Part shown: piece after piece, positions 60,601-64,000 of the stretch | Layout: each line of letters starts with the position of its first letter | Position numbering within the stretch: position 1 is the stretch's first letter | DNA from: Nitrospirota bacterium | Lineage (GTDB): Bacteria; Nitrospirota; UBA9217 | Direction: 5' to 3' | DNA length: 64,000 nucleotides | Assembly (NCBI GenBank): GCA_963751455.1 | Contig: CAVVUN010000015.1 | Location: forward strand, 576,001 to 640,000 | Notes under the pieces: generated by a model | What the model was told of the DNA's origin: nothing | Databases searched by the model: none | The model's input: the letters and a program-made list of their open reading frames with translations, nothing else | Position numbers and translations under genes: made by a program

Positions 60601-61350
60601 GTAAGCTATGTTTCGATAAAACACGATGTCACTGAAAAACTCAGGCTCGAGTCTATTGCTGAGACCGTTGACATGATGAATACGATAGGCTATGCCTTTT
60701 CCGGGATCAGGCACGAGATCGGCAACCCGATCAGTTCTCTGCTGATTATTCTCGGGCTCATGAAGAAGAAATTCGAAACAGGCCCCAAAGAAGTCATTTT
60801 GGGGTATCTAGAGCAGGCAATCGCGCAGGTCGAACGCGTCGAATATCTGCTGACCACACTCAAGAACTTCAATATGTATGAAAACTTGAAAATTACGAAC
60901 GTGCAGGTATCCGACTTTATGGAAAAAATCGTCACTCTCGTAATGGAGGACATGACCAAGAAGGGAATCGGGCTCGAAGTCTCCACTGATCCGGACACCG
61001 GCAGCATGGCTGCGGACCCGCGAGCGCTCCAGCAGGCACTTCTGAATATCGCGGTCAATGCGGTAGATGCGGTGGCGGGAAGGCCGGGTCCGAAGATCAC
61101 GGTGCACACCGGCAAAGTGCACGGCATGGTTCGGATTCGGATTTCAGACAACGGCGCCGGGATTCCCGAGGCGGGGCAGAAGGACCTTTTTAAACCGTTC
61201 TATACCTCCAAAGCTCATGGCACCGGCCTGGGTCTTGTCATTACGAAAAAGCTTGTGTCGCGCATGAACGGTCTGATCGAAATCATGAGCCGCATTGATG
61301 AAGGGACCACAGTCGATATCTATATCCCGGGGGGGGCCATTGAGCACTGA
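57670..61350 (+). CDS. Cytoplasmic histidine kinase with seven PAS domains
   Basis: Seven PAS units mostly ending D(I/V)T, RHEIGNP H-box, NIAVNA, DNGAG, FYTSK, GTGLGL; no TM segment. Confidence 0.93.
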   Translation: MKSKPRSKSKKTSTLPAKAVIKPRAKKSVSQDVSSTSRDGTVITRKKNHNTAGTRGPVESMQTTVSDGAERRRLKKMLIESEERYRALMETAAEAIMVHQKGKIVYTNPAGMELIGAKDRVELLERNYDDVVHHYGNNKTGGRLDELPLDRLSSHEVKIIRLNGQRIDAEALAAPISFAGSSATQVIIQDVTARKMAEQTMRFQASVLSEVHDAVVAIDNDSRITYYNKGAELLYGSRAADALGKKLEEVDPCGWIPQSNEAEANESLSKRGFWRGSGLHRSLSGDVKYVESSISVLKDESCARIGLLAVMRDITEGRQADSALRESEERYRSLVENSPVAICVQQEGRYVYMNQAGLQLFGADEPMQIIGKNAIEYVHPAYRDSAVEWMHQIEEDSKHLPFYELKILRVNGQAADVEAVVTKTSFGGKPATQALLKDISEIRNTELRLRLQATVLSQVKDAVVAVDSDGRIIFWNRAAELLFKVTAEEAIGQHREMIFGYRPDARNEAGKSSSQSGFLRGENIHILRSGQVIQVESSVSVLTGWSGAPAGWLAVMRDITERKRAEREIKAARDEALRERLRMETIVNTIPSGVFVAEGPDASITLQNEQARNILGREVNPGVGAGERIGRMRKPDGTYFTPDEVPYLHAFRKGEHVRDVEIMLERPDGATITILSQSVPLRDATGAIYGSVSAFNDITERKQAENELRKARAELELRVRERTAELSTTLEALQAEFIVRRRAEKSLEETSRLLENIFATIHVAIAYMDTDFDYIRVNQNYANREGHEPAFYPGRNYFAAIQDSQEQEIFRSVVETGRPYFAYGKPLPAQKIPGSDVTYWDWNVVPVKESDETVTGLVLSAIDVTERKRAEMERARLVAAIEAAAEAVVITETNRGTIQYVNPAFELITGYKREEAVGKTLHILETGRHDEEFYRAMREAIVRDGFWKGRLINKKKDGTHYYEECTYSPVRDESGNIVSYVSIKHDVTEKLRLESIAETVDMMNTIGYAFSGIRHEIGNPISSLLIILGLMKKKFETGPKEVILGYLEQAIAQVERVEYLLTTLKNFNMYENLKITNVQVSDFMEKIVTLVMEDMTKKGIGLEVSTDPDTGSMAADPRALQQALLNIAVNAVDAVAGRPGPKITVHTGKVHGMVRIRISDNGAGIPEAGQKDLFKPFYTSKAHGTGLGLVITKKLVSRMNGLIEIMSRIDEGTTVDIYIPGGAIEH

Positions 61351-62698
61351 GCTGAGCAGAAAAAAGACCATTCTGATAATCGATGATGACGAAATTTACT
61401 GCGATGCGATCAAGGACTACCTGGAGAAGGATTCCGTACAGGTGCTTGCAGTCCACACCGCCCGGAACGGCCTGGATATCTGCTCGAGGGACCAGGTCGA
61501 TGTCGTGCTTCTCGATCAGCAGTTGCCTGATGCCGAAGGGTATACGCTGTGTCCCACCATCCTCAAGCACAACGAGCAAACCAAAATCATTTTTGCGACG
61601 GCCTACCCGAGCTTCGAAAACGCCGTTAAAGCCCTGCAGGCAGGCGCCCACGATTATCTGACGAAGCCCTTTGAACTCGACGCCCTCAGGCTTGCAGTAG
61701 AAAGGGCATTGAGGACCGCTGAACTTGAAGGAATCGAGCAAATACAAACGTACCGCCGGGAAAAAGAGCGAAGCGAGGCGGTTCTCATCGGCGGGCCCGG
61801 ACTGGCCGATGTCACTCGGATGGTTGATCTTGCCGCATCCTCCGACTCACCCGTGCTCATAACGGGGGAGACTGGGACCGGGAAGACGCTCGTCGCCCAG
61901 GCGATCCATTACCGTGGCGCTTTCGGTGGAGCTCCCTTCGTCAGTATAAACTGCGCCGCGCTTCCCGAAAATCTCATAGAAGCGGAATTGTTTGGATACG
62001 ATAAGGGCGCCTTTACAGGCGCCATTGCCGCTAAACGGGGCATTTTCGAGATGGCTGAGGGAGGCACGCTGTTCCTTGACGAAATCGGTGAAATGCCGAT
62101 TCTGCTGCAGGCGAAACTGCTGAGCACTATCGAAGACAAAATTCTGAAGCGGCTGGGAAGCGAATCTTTTCGCCACGTCAATGTTCGTGTTATAGCGGCA
62201 ACGGGCGTTGACCTGGAGCAGGCGCTTGGAAAAACCTTCAGAAAGGACCTGTACTATCGTTTAAGTGTGATTCGCATTCATCTGCCGCCCCTTCGGGACC
62301 GCCGGCAGGATGTTACTCTGCTCTGCGATTATCTTCTGAAAAACATGGGATACCGCCATGCAGCTTTGTCCGAGGTGGAGCAGTCCAGATTGATGCAGTA
62401 TGACTGGCCCGGCAATGTACGCGAGCTCAAGAACATACTTGAGCGGGCCGTAATCCTGCAGAGAGGGTCCGAACTTAAACCGTCCATGCTTCTTCAATCA
62501 CCTGGAAGCGCGGTTTCCACGCCTGTTCCGGTTTCTCTGACTAACGATCGAATCATGCATATCGAGGAGTTGGAGAAGCAGTATATCCGCATGGCGCTTG
62601 AAAGGCTTTCAGGCAATCTTACACAGACTGCGAAGTCGCTCGGCCTGTCACTATCAACTCTTAAAAGAAAACTTAAGCAATACGAGAAAAATCAATAA
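61340..62698 (+). CDS. sigma54-dependent response regulator (REC-AAA+-Fis HTH, NtrC family)
   Basis: IDDD, GETGTGKT, GAFTGA, LFLDEIGE, WPGNVREL, C-terminal HTH; TTG start overlaps kinase stop. Confidence 0.95.
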   Translation: MSTELSRKKTILIIDDDEIYCDAIKDYLEKDSVQVLAVHTARNGLDICSRDQVDVVLLDQQLPDAEGYTLCPTILKHNEQTKIIFATAYPSFENAVKALQAGAHDYLTKPFELDALRLAVERALRTAELEGIEQIQTYRREKERSEAVLIGGPGLADVTRMVDLAASSDSPVLITGETGTGKTLVAQAIHYRGAFGGAPFVSINCAALPENLIEAELFGYDKGAFTGAIAAKRGIFEMAEGGTLFLDEIGEMPILLQAKLLSTIEDKILKRLGSESFRHVNVRVIAATGVDLEQALGKTFRKDLYYRLSVIRIHLPPLRDRRQDVTLLCDYLLKNMGYRHAALSEVEQSRLMQYDWPGNVRELKNILERAVILQRGSELKPSMLLQSPGSAVSTPVPVSLTNDRIMHIEELEKQYIRMALERLSGNLTQTAKSLGLSLSTLKRKLKQYEKNQ

Positions 62699-62702
62699 GT
62701 TG

Positions 62703-62847
62703 CATCAGAATGACCCTCCTGTTCAAATTGACCCGTTCAAAATAAACCTGTTAGTAACTATTTGTATTCTTCTGCACTCAATCAACCTCATAATTATTTG
62801 ATTTTTATGCCTTCTTTCGATTGGTTGTTCATGGCATTTCAATTGCT
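62703..62847 (+). promoter_or_regulatory. sigma54 promoter region: tandem enhancer-like sites, IHF site, -24/-12 box
   Basis: CATCAGAATGACCC, GTTCAAATTGACCC, GTTCAAAATAAACC (62703-62748); IHF consensus AATCAAataaTTA on minus strand (62791-62803); TGGCATTTCAATTGCT (62832-62847). Confidence 0.78.
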
Positions 62848-62858
62848 ATACAACAGTC

Positions 62859-63266
62859 ATGAAAAACATTCTTCTAGTCGATGACGAGCAGCCCATACTG
62901 GAATCGCTGGCAGAAGGCCTTCGCTCTTACGATGAAGACTGGAACATTCTGACCGCGGAAAACGGGGAGCAGGGCGCCGCTATCCTCGATTCTCAGCCGA
63001 TAGATGTTGTGGTAACGGACCTCAGAATGCCTGCCATGGACGGGTATGAGTTGCTGCTTCATATCAGAAGGACGAAACCTGACCTTCCCGTGATCGTAAT
63101 GACCGCTGAGTCGGTCCCGGACATGGAGTACCGTCTCATCCCTCTGGGCGCAGCCCAGTGCGTAAGGAAGCCATTCGATCTCAATGAAATGGCGACCAAC
63201 ATCTCGAGTCAACTTGCTTGGCTGGATTACAGAGGGGTACATGAAAAAAAATATTCTGCTAATTGA
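62859..63266 (+). CDS. Single-domain response regulator
   Basis: LLVDDE, VTDLRMP.MDG, MTA, RKPF. Confidence 0.92.
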   Translation: MKNILLVDDEQPILESLAEGLRSYDEDWNILTAENGEQGAAILDSQPIDVVVTDLRMPAMDGYELLLHIRRTKPDLPVIVMTAESVPDMEYRLIPLGAAQCVRKPFDLNEMATNISSQLAWLDYRGVHEKKYSAN

Positions 63267-63654
63267 CGACAACAAATACCTCCTCGATGTATTTGTTATA
63301 CGGCTAACGATGTGTCTGAATAATTATAAAATTCTTACCGCTCCCAACGCCAGGCGCGGGATAGAGATACTGGGAGCGGTGCCGGTTGAATTTGTGCTTA
63401 CCGATCTCGATATGCCGGAGATCGACGGGTACCAGTTCATCGAATATGCAAAAAAGCACTATCCGTCAGTTCCGGTGTTCGCCATGACGAACCATTGCTC
63501 GGCCGATGTTGCCAAGCGCCTTCAGTCGCTTGGTATCAACGATTGCATAGAGAAGCCGTTCCTGGTCGAGGAAGTGACGTATCGGATTATGAGCAGGTTA
63601 AAGGAAAGCCTGACTGCAATGAAAATTGATCAGCGGCTGGTTCCGAGCAATTGA
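63241..63654 (+). CDS. Single-domain response regulator
   Basis: Start ATG 63241 (GAGGGG RBS); LLIDDN, LTDLDMP.IDG, MT, EKPF. Confidence 0.9.
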   Translation: MKKNILLIDDNKYLLDVFVIRLTMCLNNYKILTAPNARRGIEILGAVPVEFVLTDLDMPEIDGYQFIEYAKKHYPSVPVFAMTNHCSADVAKRLQSLGINDCIEKPFLVEEVTYRIMSRLKESLTAMKIDQRLVPSN

Positions 63655-63720
63655 CGGCAACCGGCCATCAGCATTCAGCTATAGGTAAAAGCTGACAATT
63701 GCTTAGCTAAGGAGGCGCTT

Positions 63721-64000
63721 GTGAATGATTGGATGAAACCCGTCGACGACGTAATGGTGATGGAGCACTATGGAGCCGAACATGAAACAAGCGACGGCTA
63801 CCCGGTTGAACGAGGCCGGGAAGTTGAAGATGAGCATGCCGAGGACGGTCCCCGGAAAACACGGGAGAAAAAGGGCGGCAGTATCGATTCAGTAAAATGC
63901 TATCTGAAGGAAATACGCAAGTCCCCGCTTCTGACATTCGCGGAAGAGCAGGAACTCGGCAAGAGGATATCCGAGGGCGATATGGAAGCGCGCACCAAGA
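63721..64000 (+). CDS. RpoS/RpoD-family sigma factor, 3' partial
   Basis: Not in ORF track. AAGGAGG RBS, GTG start, short acidic leader, then region 1.2 DSVKCYLKEIRKSPLLTFAEEQELGKRISEGDMEAR. Confidence 0.85.
   Translation, partial: MNDWMKPVDDVMVMEHYGAEHETSDGYPVERGREVEDEHAEDGPRKTREKKGGSIDSVKCYLKEIRKSPLLTFAEEQELGKRISEGDMEARTK

Noticed and set aside
1-64000. CRISPR arrays, tRNA/rRNA genes, prophage or defence systems
   Set aside because: No regularly spaced repeats with unique spacers, no tRNA or rRNA signatures and no phage or defence gene sets were seen by eye; a tRNAscan/Rfam run would be needed to exclude small RNAs.

Overview
Gene-dense chromosomal segment from an anaerobic diderm bacterium (gene content and protein style suggest Nitrospirota or Desulfobacterota; this is inference). 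It carries housekeeping genes (tsaD, DAHP synthase, glgC, dnaJ-hspR-clpB, trxB, two moeA, tolQRAB) and a pilMNOPQ operon followed by a sigma54-driven lipoprotein and a 1529-aa surface protein. An 11-kb redox cluster comprises nfnAB, a frameshifted DUF3786 gene, HydC/HydB-like subunits, a free-standing Fe-S subunit, a catalytically empty NuoG-like subunit and a Ni-CODH. The final 17 kb are mostly signalling genes, ending in a 7-PAS kinase, an NtrC-type activator, a sigma54 promoter and REC-REC-RpoS-like genes. Mobile DNA comprises an IS481 element in a hemolysin-III pseudogene, a 167-bp MITE with an 8-bp target duplication, and several short palindromic intergenic repeats. I saw no rRNA, tRNA or CRISPR array. 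The best candidates for novel systems are a CooS-coupled, possibly NADP-linked electron-bifurcating complex and an RpoN-to-RpoS sigma cascade. All family assignments come from motif recognition by eye, not database searches.
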